Source: Marsupella aquatica (taxonomy: Eukaryota > Plantae > Marchantiophyta). From it: DNA of 64,000 nucleotides. This document shows positions 37,200 through 48,506 of this stretch, piece by piece (the first letter of the stretch is position 1; each line of letters opens with the position of its first letter). Position numbers and translations under genes: made by a program. The DNA lies in assembly GCA_973895155.1 (NCBI GenBank), contig OZ316892.1:22297168-22361167 (forward strand), given 5' to 3'. The notes under the pieces were generated by a model that saw only the letters and a list, made by a program, of their open reading frames with translations, was not told the DNA's origin and searched no databases.

Positions 37200-39876
37200 C
37201 CCTTAAACCCACATGAATGAAGTCTGTGCTGGCATGGCCTATTTGATACAGATTACCGAAACCTGGGGATTTGTCGACGTGCAATTATGTGTGATTTTAT
37301 GATAGAGATGCAAACAGATTCGAATAGTCTTCCTGGCTACTGTCTGCTCATTAGAAGCGGGAAAAAACAGCCACGTCGAAAGGAATCTCCAAGTCCCCTC
37401 CGGTGACGAAACTCACGTAATCATCAGGTAATCATCAGTAAACAGTCACTATCTAAGTTCGCATTTAACTAGAATACGGATAATCAATCAATCACAGAAC
37501 AATCACTGGATAAATTCGGATTTAAGTGGAATACGCATAATCAATCGCTCTGGGAAAACTTAAATATATATCACTGTGATTATGTGCTAGAGAAGACCAT
37601 TAAACATCGATGATTGTTTTGAATTCAATTCCTCCAATTATGGTCATCAAGTTAGACTCAAGTCAACTCACGGTTTGTCGCTGTGAAATATACAGTTACG
37701 GTCGATAGCGAAGTACTCAATGTGAGAGCCTCAACTCTAAGATCGTGTGTAGCACTGAGCCGAGGGCATCCTTGTCAGACCACTTGTATTTTCTGGATGC
37801 GATGTGATGTAATACTGGCTTCCTCAGGCGGTCAAGAAGTGAACAATATTGCGTTAGACTAAGCCAAACGCAGAACTGAAAAGTAACCCAAAGTTCAAGA
37901 ACGTCGGAGTCCGACATGACTTTGTGTCAATCAAGAAGGAATTTTAAGCTTGTAGGCTTGAAATCTAAATATTGGTAGCGGATTCCTTGTCAGATATATG
38001 CTTACTCGCCTCCATCAGTATTACTGTGAAGTTTGTTTAAAGCAGAGAGTCTGTAATATCTGGGAGTGACGAGTCACCTCTTCAAAGTACTGCGATAACG
38101 CAATTATTTTTCATAATCACGAACGATGAAACTCCCACCTACGAAGATTCGTTTTTGGTCTCCTTTCAATCTGCTTGGACCCAGATTGGATTGGTATAGT
38201 CGCGTACAGTGTAAGCAAGTTCACTGGGAAACTTCGGTAACAAGAGTCGGGGAGTGTCAACGAACTAGGGAACAAGGCAACAAGCACATGTGCAGACTTT
38301 GGCAGACAGCCGCAATTCTGAAAAGCTTGTGGGGACCACGCAGGCGATCAGGAGAGAATGATACAGTGTACGACAAAGCGCTCGGATTTCAAACGGACGA
38401 AGTTAGCTTTTGGAGCATTTAAATCATAAAGGATGCAGAGAGTTGACTGACCAGTCAGAACAGTTCTGGTAGCTAATGAGTAAACTAAAACTCAAAAGAA
38501 TTTCCAGATTGGGGGATTTCATAAGTACAGTCATTAAGTTGTGAGATCTGAGTCACTTTATGCATGAGGAATTGCCCTTTTGCACACCTTGAATAAATTC
38601 ATCCCTCATGCTTGAGTATGACACTGGTTAGGAAGGAAAACTACTTGAGCCCATTCATGAAAGGCGATTACTGGATACCATTCCAAACACGATGAAGTTT
38701 CATGGTGGAGTACAAGCCGGGACCATGTGAGTGAGCAAAGAGCTGAAGGGTTTGGGCAGCAAGTAAAGAGGCCCATATAGGATGCTTGTGTAGGGAACCC
38801 AAATGGCAATGGGTTTCTCACATCTCCCCATTAATTGTCTTAATGATAGTAGCAAGACAAGTAAGTCTCTATCGAACGACTTTATAGTATGGAGTGGAAT
38901 GAAGCAACACTTGCATTTTTCATATACTTCTTGACTTCACGTTCCATAGTATCACTGGCTCGTAGTGTCACAGTGTCCCCACCGGAGATTAGATCGTGAT
39001 ATTCACCACTTTGTTGAGGCAACAATTCATAATGTAAGAGACCAGGTGTGGGACTCAGGTGCTCTGAGAATTTGAGACTCTCCCACTTGTACTACTAAGC
39101 AATGGTTAGTGAAGGTGCAACCTTTCATAGCATGATGTAAGGTGTGAAAAACGAAACTAAACTATGGCCGAGAAAGAAGATAATCTCGCCTAGGTAGATC
39201 GCTACTTAAGGGGTAGCTTACCCTTACTAATATCCGCTTACTAGGAGGCATCACAATCAGTGTCTTTTGGTGGTGAAAATTCAACTTCACTTAAAAGTCT
39301 GGCCAGATTCTAACTTTTCCTCTAGGAGTAGCGAGTTCCTCCGTGAGTCACAAAAATATACTGTGCCGGAGGTCTTATAGTAGTATAATCTAGTCAAATT
39401 AGAGCTAATAATCTGGAAAGTCGGAAAGTGCTATAATAATTTCCTTTGTGCTTATAACTTGAAGATTATGCCAGGATAGACCTCCATATTGGACACAAGG
39501 CACCCTCCTACTAGTTTTTGGTGGTTCATGGGATTTTTTTTGCATATAACCTAGATTATAAGTCTTAACTCTTACATCTTTTCAATATTGGCCATCGTGG
39601 AGAAAATGAAAATACCTTAGAAAGTACCTTGATCACAATGCACTTCATCTCCCTTATCGAGATGTCTTGATTCCGTTCCCTGGTTTGCGCTGTCATATTA
39701 TTACCGTCAACTATTTGCGGCGAACTGCGCGTTGTTGTTGGTAGCTGACTTGGTCCGGTCATACCCAAGGAAGGGTCCACTTCTCTCGCTTTGGCCGTGC
39801 GGTTTGATGGTACGACCGGGACGAGCTTCGGCAAGTAGGCGAGTGGCGACCTGGCTTGATCGGAGGATCGCAGTAC

Positions 39877-39883
39877 TATAAAG
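39877..39883 (+). promoter_or_regulatory. TATA box of type C gene, U1
   Basis: TATAAAG; the homologous position in U2 (~55333) reads GATGAAG. Confidence 0.55.
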
Positions 39884-39932
39884 TCCTGTAGCCGATCTCA
39901 CATTCATCAAAACACGTAAGCTATTTCATTTG

Positions 39933-40023
39933 GTAAGCTTTCTCATTTCGTTGCTCAGCTTTCTCAAACAGCTGCTTCTTCTCTTCGACCCAGGAAGTTC
40001 CTTCATTCATAAATTATTTGCAG
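39933..40023 (+). other. Predicted 5'UTR intron of type C gene
   Basis: G|GTAAGC...TTATTTGCAG|G, 91 nt; both sites conserved at 55389-55475. Confidence 0.65.
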
Positions 40024-40157
40024 GTTTCGGACAATTTGCAAACCACGAGTCGAATTGAGATAGCAATTGAGCACTAACTTGTAAGGTCAGACTCGGGTGT
40101 ATTCTCCGAGTGATTGAGGTTCTCAATCGATTCAGATCAGCCCCTCTTGTGCATAGA

Positions 40158-40232
40158 ATGGATCCTAATGATATGTTCTACGGCGATGACGCCCCAGCCT
40201 GGTTAACGGCCTCCAACGGTGAGGACTGCTGA
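40158..40232 (+). CDS. Acidic micropeptide C1 MDPNDMFYGDDAPAWLTASNGEDC
   Basis: agaATGG...TGA, with many synonymous differences from types A/B (CCT, AAT, TTA, ACG). Confidence 0.8.
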   Translation: MDPNDMFYGDDAPAWLTASNGEDC

Positions 40233-40366
40233 AACTGGATGTGTCACGACCATCAATTTCTGGGGTCTGACCAGTTGTGATCGACGGTCAGGGGCCCTAA
40301 TGCGATTTTCCATCGTGATCAACGTATTCTACCGCTACATGGTCCAATATTGGGTTTTCTGATTCG

Positions 40367-40468
40367 ATGAGCTGGCTCGGAAGACTTCACGGCCGTCAAA
40401 GGCTGCACGTTATGGACACTAGTTACTTGGTGACTTACAAGCTAAAGCACCGTTGGATAAGGGCTTGA
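40367..40468 (+). CDS. Putative basic HRW sORF MSWLGRLHGRQRLHVMDTSYLVTYKLKHRWIRA
   Basis: Relative to the 55.8-kb copy: synonymous CTT/CTG, CGT/CGG, CAA/CAG, TTG/CTG, ACT/ACA and a 3-nt indel. Confidence 0.45.
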   Translation: MSWLGRLHGRQRLHVMDTSYLVTYKLKHRWIRA

Positions 40469-43400
40469 TGAAAACTCTCAATGCTTTGGAATCTTGTACG
40501 CTAGTACTTCGATAGAGAGAGCATACAGCTTTGGGAAGTGTTCAGCTCGAGCACCCTTCAGAAGCACACAGTAAACGTTTCGGCGGACACGATAGTTGTA
40601 GATGTTGAGAAGCCACTTTGGCCTATTGAAATTGATTTCCGGAGACATTGACCCGGGGTACATTACCCTATTAATTCAATTTATTTGTGACAGGCCCCTA
40701 ATGCATTGGCCCATCTTCAAGATTATATCAATGTGTATATATCCTGCTGTCGATTATGTAAAATATATATTTGATGAATCTATCTGTCTGAGCAGAATTG
40801 CACGTGGTTGGTCTATTCGAACCACATGAACTTTTGATTTATCCACGTGATCTCATAAATTGAAGGCGAACTATGTTGGAGGTCAGTTGTGTTAGATTAC
40901 AGTAAAATAATTTGTGAACATTGGCTTTTAGTAGAGGAAATCTCTAATCCCAGACTACTGGAGGTCAGTGTAGCTAGAGGCGTTCTTGTCGACCAATTCA
41001 GTACCTTGATCCATATATATTCTGTAGATTACTTGTGATGCCCCGGCCCGGCTCCCACTAATCAATCGAATGAAATCGGCCATCTGACTATCAAGTGTAT
41101 TTGGTGATGTATCCGCTTGAATGGAAGAAACTCACTACACCTACTTAGTTGAATCTACGTTGGACATGCGTACGTTTGTGACTTCTTATTTAGTTGGGGA
41201 GTCGAAATTTCTCAGGAATTCTCAGAAAACGGGCTCCGAGAATGACAGGCCGGATGGTGTCAGGCAAGGAGGAAAATACCTAGAATTTTGAAATCAGAAC
41301 CTGAATGGATCTTACAACCCATTTCGTGTTCTTTTTTGAATGATAGCCTCCAGACCAAAAGATCATTCAATTGACGTTTGGCATATGCTACTCCCTTCAA
41401 TTGATCGAATGAAGGAGCCACGAAGGAGCCAAGGTTAAGAAATGTAAGGAAGGAGCAAATATTTGTACTAGATCTTTGGTAGTTTTCTTCACTACTAGAC
41501 AAAATAAGGATCCACGTCAACACTTACTGGGCCCACGTACTGCTGGCAATGAAGTATCGTGTAGACACCAAATGTGAATACCCCACCAGTTCTTGGAGTT
41601 CTTGTGTAGCCGACTTTAGCTGTTTCTGCTCATTACGCTACCCAGATAAATTGATATATCGTTGAGTTAAATACAGACGACAGTAGATCCAAACTTCTTG
41701 TAAAGCCACCCTTCTATCCCAGACTCAGCAAGAAACTGTCCAAACTTAGATGAGTAGGGGGATTTTGTGCTCGGGAGGTCGGATGATGCGTGACTGCCAA
41801 TAACTTTTTGTAAATATTGTTTTTTTCTAGAGCTGCCCAATTTTCAAGCTTCCTTGTGTCCAATCTTAAGGTCCTCACTTATTCTTATGGGTAAATTAGC
41901 GAAAGACAGTACTCACTAGGATCTCCTGTCATTATTCATATTGCCTACTATGTATCACTCTCGTTTTAGATTTTAATTTGATTAGCCGGCGATTATACTG
42001 CTTTATTTCCTTTCGAAGGTGTTCTTTGTGTCCGATGGCAATTCTCGCCAATTCTGAGAAGTAAGGTTCCATTCCATGAACCAGAATTTGATGAACCAGA
42101 ATCAAGAATGTGTAAAACCATTTCAGTCAGTTCATTCAGGAGAACGAAGACCCAGATTGACCAATTTTTCTTTCATGAGCTCTGCATGTCGACCAACCCA
42201 AGTACCTTACCTGCCTCCGATACTCTTGGTTCAGCTCGTGGACAGCCTTGTCGAGGTAGCATGGGCTCTCAAGCTTCCTTGCTCTCGCTCGGACTCTCAT
42301 GGCAGGAGTATTGATCAAACGAGCGATAACTTTCTCAACTCTATCAGCCATCAACTCTAGCTTTACGCAAGGTGAGAACAAATCACAGCGAAGTCCAGTT
42401 TGTGGACCTGGGATAGAAGTACTTATTTATCGATGCATGCCCTTGGATGAAATACTGATCCGATAACGAAAAGTCTGTGAGTGTATCATTCTCAGCAGCT
42501 CGGGGAAGTACGTATTCAATCGGATCCCACCCTCGCGATCAGGCGGCCTCGACTTCCGGCTTTGGATCGAGGGGAAGAAGCCATCAGTCTCGTTTCTTCT
42601 ACTTAGAATTTCCAAGTCTCTGGATGGAGGCGAAGAACCGATCAGGCGAATTTCTTCTCCGAAGAATTTCTGAGTCTGGCTGCGAGCGCAACATGCTTCT
42701 TGCTTTCGGTCACGGGACCTTGGCCCAAATTGGCTGAATGGATCTTGCTTCTGTAGAGTCGCTGACTAACAGCCATCCCTGACTGAACAGACTTTTCCAA
42801 CCGTGTCGACGACTCGAGGTAAACAACAGTCAATCCTGGCTGAATGTTTTCTGAGTCCAAAAAGCTGACCCCTGACCCTGGTTGCGCGGGGTTTAGTCTG
42901 GTCTCCGTGTACCAAGTTAAATAATGTTGGAATTGTTTCCTTTTCAATTAAGCCTCCCCTTTATTGGGCCTCCTGACTTTTGGTAGCTTGTCTCCCAAAT
43001 GTGCAATTGTCTCTTGATCTCAACCATTTTCAATTAACTTTTGGGGACTTAAATTGTTGTTAGTGTTATATATATAACCCGAGCCCAATGCTAGTGAAGT
43101 GTGAAAATCAAGACAAGGGTGGCTTTCAAAGAAGGTATGGGCACGTATTTGTGAACTTTTCCCACCAAAGCTAACTGCAAGTCCACAAATTAGACATATG
43201 ATAGTGTACTACTGGTATTTTGGAATCAATTAATGGCAATATCTGAGAAAGTTATTTTCCATGACACTTCTGTAGTTATTTGGCTAGAGCCCTTCTTGCT
43301 CTAGCAAAAGAAGATCGGATGTAATGAAAGACATGTGAGTCCACTTTCACAGCAATTAAAAGACTCAAACTATGGATGGCCGGACCAAGCAGCCAAATTT

Positions 43401-43869
43401 TTTAATCACAAGAACTCTAGTAATGGTGGTATGGAAAATTGGGACAAGCAAAATCTGGGCCTCACAACAGAATAGAGAGAAATGGCCACCAACATTTTGT
43501 TCCACATATGTAAAGTGAACTGCAGTTGTATCTCCCAAGGGCCTTGGGAGTGATCATCGCTTGTACGGGCTCTCGGAGACCAGACAAACATCAATACTAC
43601 CTAACGTCTTGGAAAGCCACCCTGACACAAAGTACAAGTTGTTTCAATATTAGTGTCTAATTGGGTGTTTCACAATTATGCGATCATGTTCTTGTTACAA
43701 AATTGTTGTCATGACTTAGTTTGGTTGGATGGTTGTTTTTGCCAAATAATAATCATTTTGGTTGATGTTAATATTGTGAAAGTGATGCTCTTGAGGAACG
43801 CTTGGGGTGACTGACCACAAAACAAACAATGGTGGACAGTGCATCGCAGGTCCAGCTGTGAAGTCCTGA

Positions 43870-44450
43870 AACTCGATTACCCTAACATTTAACTCCGGTG
43901 TCACTGACTCCGACGTCAAGTTCCTCTATGATCCAAGCCTCTGGAATGGCCATCCAAAGGGACTAAGTATGGGAAGACTAGTGAGCAACAAAGCGTTGCA
44001 CTAGCAAGGGCAAGGCGCTAAGTCGATGATGCACACTAAGGATTAGGCTAAATAGCATGGAGCTGGTTGGGTCATGGAAAGGGCTGGGGTCAGGGTGGAT
44101 TGTCTGGACCCCAGACAGACTTTAAGTTATGAGGGCTTGAGTGAGAGCTCCTCTTGGGCCCAAGGTTAAAGAAGTTTACTTCGTGCGCAACGGACTATGA
44201 CAGTTCACTTACAAAAATTATGGTCCGAACATAGCAAGTTAATTGCGTGTCCATGCATGCGGGTTGGAGTCCGGGTTGAAGGCAAAATACAGGGGACCCA
44301 AGCCGGTTCGGGGGTGGCAAATCTCCACAAGTATACATGGAGGGAGTGGTGTACGTACCTCTAGGGCCAAAGGCGAGTTCAAGTCATGAGCCACGACGGT
44401 TGCGAACCTAAGGAGAAATGCTAAACGGAAATGATAACAACTCCTCAACG
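43870..44450 (+). repeat. Dispersed repeat (LTR-like fragment), homologous to ~59985-60890
   Basis: Shared GTCACT(G/A)ACT..GGACTAAGTATGGG.AGACTAGTG..CAACAA and downstream blocks; termini and TSD not resolved. Confidence 0.6.
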
Positions 44451-46379
44451 AGAAAACCGCTGGAGGACTTCTTGGATGCCTTGGAAAGTTCTTGAGGGAG
44501 GACTACATCCTCTTTAGCTCAGTTGGGTCTAGGAATGCCTTTGGGTCCCAAGATTTGAGGCGGCTATCTTGCTCACTTGCCAAATCTTGCCAAATCAGTA
44601 GCAAAACCGTGTTCTGTTTCTCACAGCACCTTGCATTGGGGAGGTAAATAATGCATAGTAGGCACAGGTGTTGAGCTCGAGAAGTCACTTTCACAAATGT
44701 TGACATCATGTGCACACAAACAAAGTACGGGGCATTTTATTCATTTTTGGGAAGTACTTAGAAGTAGTGAGGAAGTAAGTAACGGGGTAACAATTGATTC
44801 AAAATGTGTCACTTGTCATCACATGATTCATTGCCTACCACATGTCAATAAATGATTGGTGACGTTTTGGAGCTTCTTGTTCTTTTTAGAGAGAGTGGTT
44901 AAATAGGGCGTTTGCAGCACATTCAAGGTATACACCAATTTCATAAGGTGAACCCCTCAAGTTGTTGAGGTCTAGGTGCATTTGGCCCCTAGACTATCAG
45001 TTAGGTGGAACCTTAGGGATGGTTGCTAGAGTCACGACAAAACTGTTCCCGACATTTAGGACAAGCTTGAAGACTTGAAGCTAGATTTCTTGGGCCAAGA
45101 GCATGACCTAGAGGTAGGGCAGTCAGTGAGTGACAAATAAGAAGTGGGGAAGCACAGGCGGCACTCAAAGAAGGGCTGTTATGAACGCACATTAGGTGTC
45201 AGCTCTGGCTTCGGCTTATGGCAAGGTTGTGCGGGTCTGGGAGATTGATTTACTTTCCAATGTCGGTTGAGCTTGAGTCAAGACATTAGTCTTGGAGTTC
45301 CTAGATCCTATAGTGTTACTTAAGTCTGCGACGTAAGTTTGGTTGCTTGCACAGAGAGTGAAGACCGTTGAGCGGTGGTCATGTTAGGAGCAAGTGCATT
45401 TTTGTTTGGGAGTTGCCTTTGGAGGTGCTACGGGTACCAAGTTGCTTGCTCAGGGAGTTTTTTATAGGCGTTTGGGCACCAAAGGCACTTAGGTGAAGGT
45501 GTTGAGATTAGTGAGAGGATTGGTGAGGGCACTGGGCGGTTAGGTCCACCACTTGTAATCACACACAACTACGCGTGTGCATATGGGTGGAGGAGAACAC
45601 GTACATATATTCCATCCCCGCCCCTCTTGCCCCTCCGAAACAGGGCAGGAAGAACAATAGTGACCCAAAAATTATTCAAATTTTCACTCCTCTACAAGAG
45701 AGGGCCAAAAATCACTGGTACCTGTGACTCTATCTTCTGGCATAATAAAGTATAGCATGCACATACATGTGCTTTATATTCTAGTGTAGACGCAAGGTAT
45801 CCCCTTTGGCAATCTTTTAAGTCAATCCAAGCGTGTAAACCTTGTTAGTTTCATGGTTGACACTTAAAAAAATATGGAGTGAGTCCCACATCCAAATATT
45901 ATACACTATCAAATTTGCATTTTAGTCAGACTTAGCTTGTATCTCCTTGTGTGTGATTGATCCTTACCATGGCACGCTATTTCAATGTGGCCACTTATTC
46001 TGTCCTTGTGGACGGACTAAGAGACCGAACGAAGTATTCTTCCAAAGCTCCCTAGCTAAGGAATATTGTTTTACGTAGATTATAGGCTATCTATGGATTT
46101 CTTTGGGTTGCTATCATTTGTAGACGTAAACGAGTTACAAGGAGGGACAGGACATAGAGACCCAGAGACCCATGAGTGGTACCTCTGCACTTTCTTGCTT
46201 CACACTTTTTATTAAAAGGTAGTGTGTCCTCCCTCTCTCTTTGTCCGCCATGACCTCCTCAGCAGATGACTAGAGGGTCCACCACTCGGTTGGGCCGTGC
46301 GGTCTTATAGTGCCTACGCCGCCGATGACCAAGTTCATGACCATGCTCAGGGAGAGCAAGTTTTCAGAGAATGACCGAG

Positions 46380-46387
46380 TATATAAA
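46380..46387 (+). promoter_or_regulatory. TATA box of type A array, U2
   Basis: TATATAAA, homologous to 23926. Confidence 0.65.
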
Positions 46388-46648
46388 GAACTCCGGCCAT
46401 TCTCATTATTCAGCATCATTCTTCTACACATTCATTCAGCCAGACAGTAAGTTACTAACGGAGGCTCGATCCCCAAGGAAAATCTTGTATCATTCTGCTT
46501 CTACTGTAGGAATTATAGCAGCTCCGCAATAGCTTGAGCTAGCCGTCTATCCAGATCCAGCCGAAAATTTGTCACTTGCTTGCTGTCTCATTGTTGGCAA
46601 GGTAGTGACAGGGCGACGATCGAGATTGCAATTACGTTTGTTGCTGAA

Positions 46649-46720
46649 ATGGATCCCAACGACATGTTCTACGGTGACGACGATCCAGCGTGGTTGAATG
46701 CCACCAACGATGACGACTAA
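46649..46720 (+). CDS. Acidic micropeptide A5 MDPNDMFYGDDDPAWLNATNDDD
   Basis: gaaATGG...TAA. Confidence 0.8.
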   Translation: MDPNDMFYGDDDPAWLNATNDDD

Positions 46721-46908
46721 TGAACGCGTAGCCTTCCCCAATTCGATCATTCTGGGGTTATCAATTTCATTCATCCTGCGTACTTACTAGTGTGGAACGT
46801 CAGCTCACTCATTTGGCTAGAACAGATCCAGGATCGTCCTGAAACAAGATTTGGAATGTTGGCCCAAAATTCGAAGGCAAAGCTGGGTGGTACTATAGTG
46901 TGAGTCAA

Positions 46909-46980
46909 ATGGATCCCAACGACATGTTCTATGGTGACGACGATCCAGCGTGGTTGAATGCCACTAACGGTGACGACTAG
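46909..46980 (+). CDS. Acidic micropeptide A6 MDPNDMFYGDDDPAWLNATNGDD
   Basis: caaATGG...TAG (stop codon swap). Confidence 0.8.
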   Translation: MDPNDMFYGDDDPAWLNATNGDD

Positions 46981-47096
46981 TGAACGCGCAGCCTTTTCCA
47001 ACTCGATCCTTCTGCGGGGAAATTGATGCACCTTCGTGCTTACTAGTATCCAACGTTAATTAGCGCAAAGCTGGGTGCTGCCTTAGTGTCACTGAA

Positions 47097-47168
47097 ATGG
47101 ATCCCAACGACTTGTTCTATGGTGACGACGATCCAGCATGGTTGAATGCCACCAACGATCGAGACTAA
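47097..47168 (+). CDS. Acidic micropeptide A7 MDPNDLFYGDDDPAWLNATNDRD
   Basis: gaaATGG...TAA. Confidence 0.75.
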   Translation: MDPNDLFYGDDDPAWLNATNDRD

Positions 47169-47386
47169 TGAACGCGCAGCCTTCTTCAACTCGATCATTC
47201 TGCGGGGAGATCAATTTCCATGCAACCTTGGTACTTACTAGTGTGGAACGTCAGCTCACTCATTTCATTAGACACGATTCCAGGATCATCCTGGAAACAT
47301 ATCGATTCCAGCTAATTTCGGCATCTTCATCGGTCGAATTTGGGCCGGATTTCATTTTAGCCGGGTAATGCCATAGTCTCGCTGAG

Positions 47387-47460
47387 ATGGATCCCAACAA
47401 TGTGTTCTACGGTGATGATTCTCACCATGGTTGACTGCCTCCAATGGCGACGACAGCTGA
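47387..47460 (+). pseudogene. Frameshifted micropeptide copy (MDPNNVFYGDDS//PWLTASNGDDS)
   Basis: A 1-nt deletion (TCTCACCATGG vs TCTCCACCATGG at ~25131) gives a stop at 47432-47434. Confidence 0.75.
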
Positions 47461-47556
47461 ACATTCAGATGGCCTTCTGCATGGCAACATCTGGCGGAAC
47501 TTGAATGAGGAGGTGCATTCTAGTCGGCTCGATTTACTTCGGCTTAGCTGACAGCA

Positions 47557-47721
47557 ATGTCATTGAGTGGACCCAGAAGAATGACTTCAGCCTGTAGCTG
47601 CAGCGAGAACTATGGGAGATGTCAAACATTGGCTCAGCCTCAACCGCTCACGTCCAGGGTAAGGCACCGTTGGTATCCAGTGTATATGAAAAACCCCGTG
47701 ATCTTGACTTTTCTAAACTAA
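47557..47721 (+). CDS. Putative basic HRW sORF MSLSGPRRMTSACSCSENYGRCQTLAQPQPLTSRVRHRWYPVYMKNPVILTFLN
   Basis: Frame shared with 25310 through HRWY; synonymous TGC/TGT, CTG/CTC, CGC/CGT, TAC/TAT. Confidence 0.4.
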   Translation: MSLSGPRRMTSACSCSENYGRCQTLAQPQPLTSRVRHRWYPVYMKNPVILTFLN

Positions 47722-48506
47722 TAGGTACCTAGGATACAATAGTGGGACGTGACCATTTCGATCACTCCTTCAGAAATACTCAAGAAGTAAGGTTCTCATT
47801 ATTTAGAGCTTGGAGCTTCTAAAGTTCTGCACATTTGCAGAATCTACAAATTAACATTTAGTTTTGATACATTTGATTCAATGTACCAGAACTGCTATGT
47901 TTACAAATAACAAGAACCCTTAGTAGACCAGTCCAAGGCTGTCATCTGGACGCTTGTAAAATATTAGGTACCTAGGATACAGTAGTAATAACGTTCTCAT
48001 TATTTAGAGCAAAACGCACCTGTCTCCACATTTGCAGAAGAAAGAAATTGAAATTCATTTTCTGATACATTTGATTTAGTGTACTAGAATTTCTCTTCTT
48101 TACAAATAAAATAAAGAATTCTTTGCTGGAAGGACCTAAATTCGAGCACTTCAGTCTACAAGTCAAAATCAGAAACTGCTTATATTTTATGGATAACTGT
48201 AAGTCAAGTATGTAAGTCAAGTATGCTATCTGGTTTTCTTTCTAAGCCCGGGTTTCTAAGAGTATAAATGCTTATCACACTGTATCATCGTTATTCACAC
48301 TACGTGTACAGAACCATTCAACCCTCTAACAAGAACAATCATTTCCATCAAAACAAATAATTATGGAAGAAAAGTCTCAAGCCAAGGCAATTCATTTTTT
48401 TGTCTGACTGCTGTGAAACGACGCATTTTTGACCAGAAGTTTTCAATTACTTTCTCAGGGACTTGGGTGGTAGCTAGTCAAAATATTTGTTTGCTTGGGG
48501 AAACTA

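Larger units (their letters stand above)
23690..42910 (+). repeat. Segmental unit U1 (type A array, type B gene, type C gene), with a TE pile at ~26-35 kb
   Basis: Collinear homology with 46180-56760. Confidence 0.85.

Noticed and set aside
40158-40232. Similarity to fungal MSDIN/phallotoxin precursors (P-AWL..., terminal Cys)
   Set aside because: No second Pro to delimit a core, no MSDIN leader and no prolyl oligopeptidase nearby; likely coincidence.
40510-40532. miR529/156-like sequence CGATAGAGAGAGCATACAGCTT
   Set aside because: Several mismatches, no complementary arm seen, and not conserved in the paralogs at ~20660 and ~55955.
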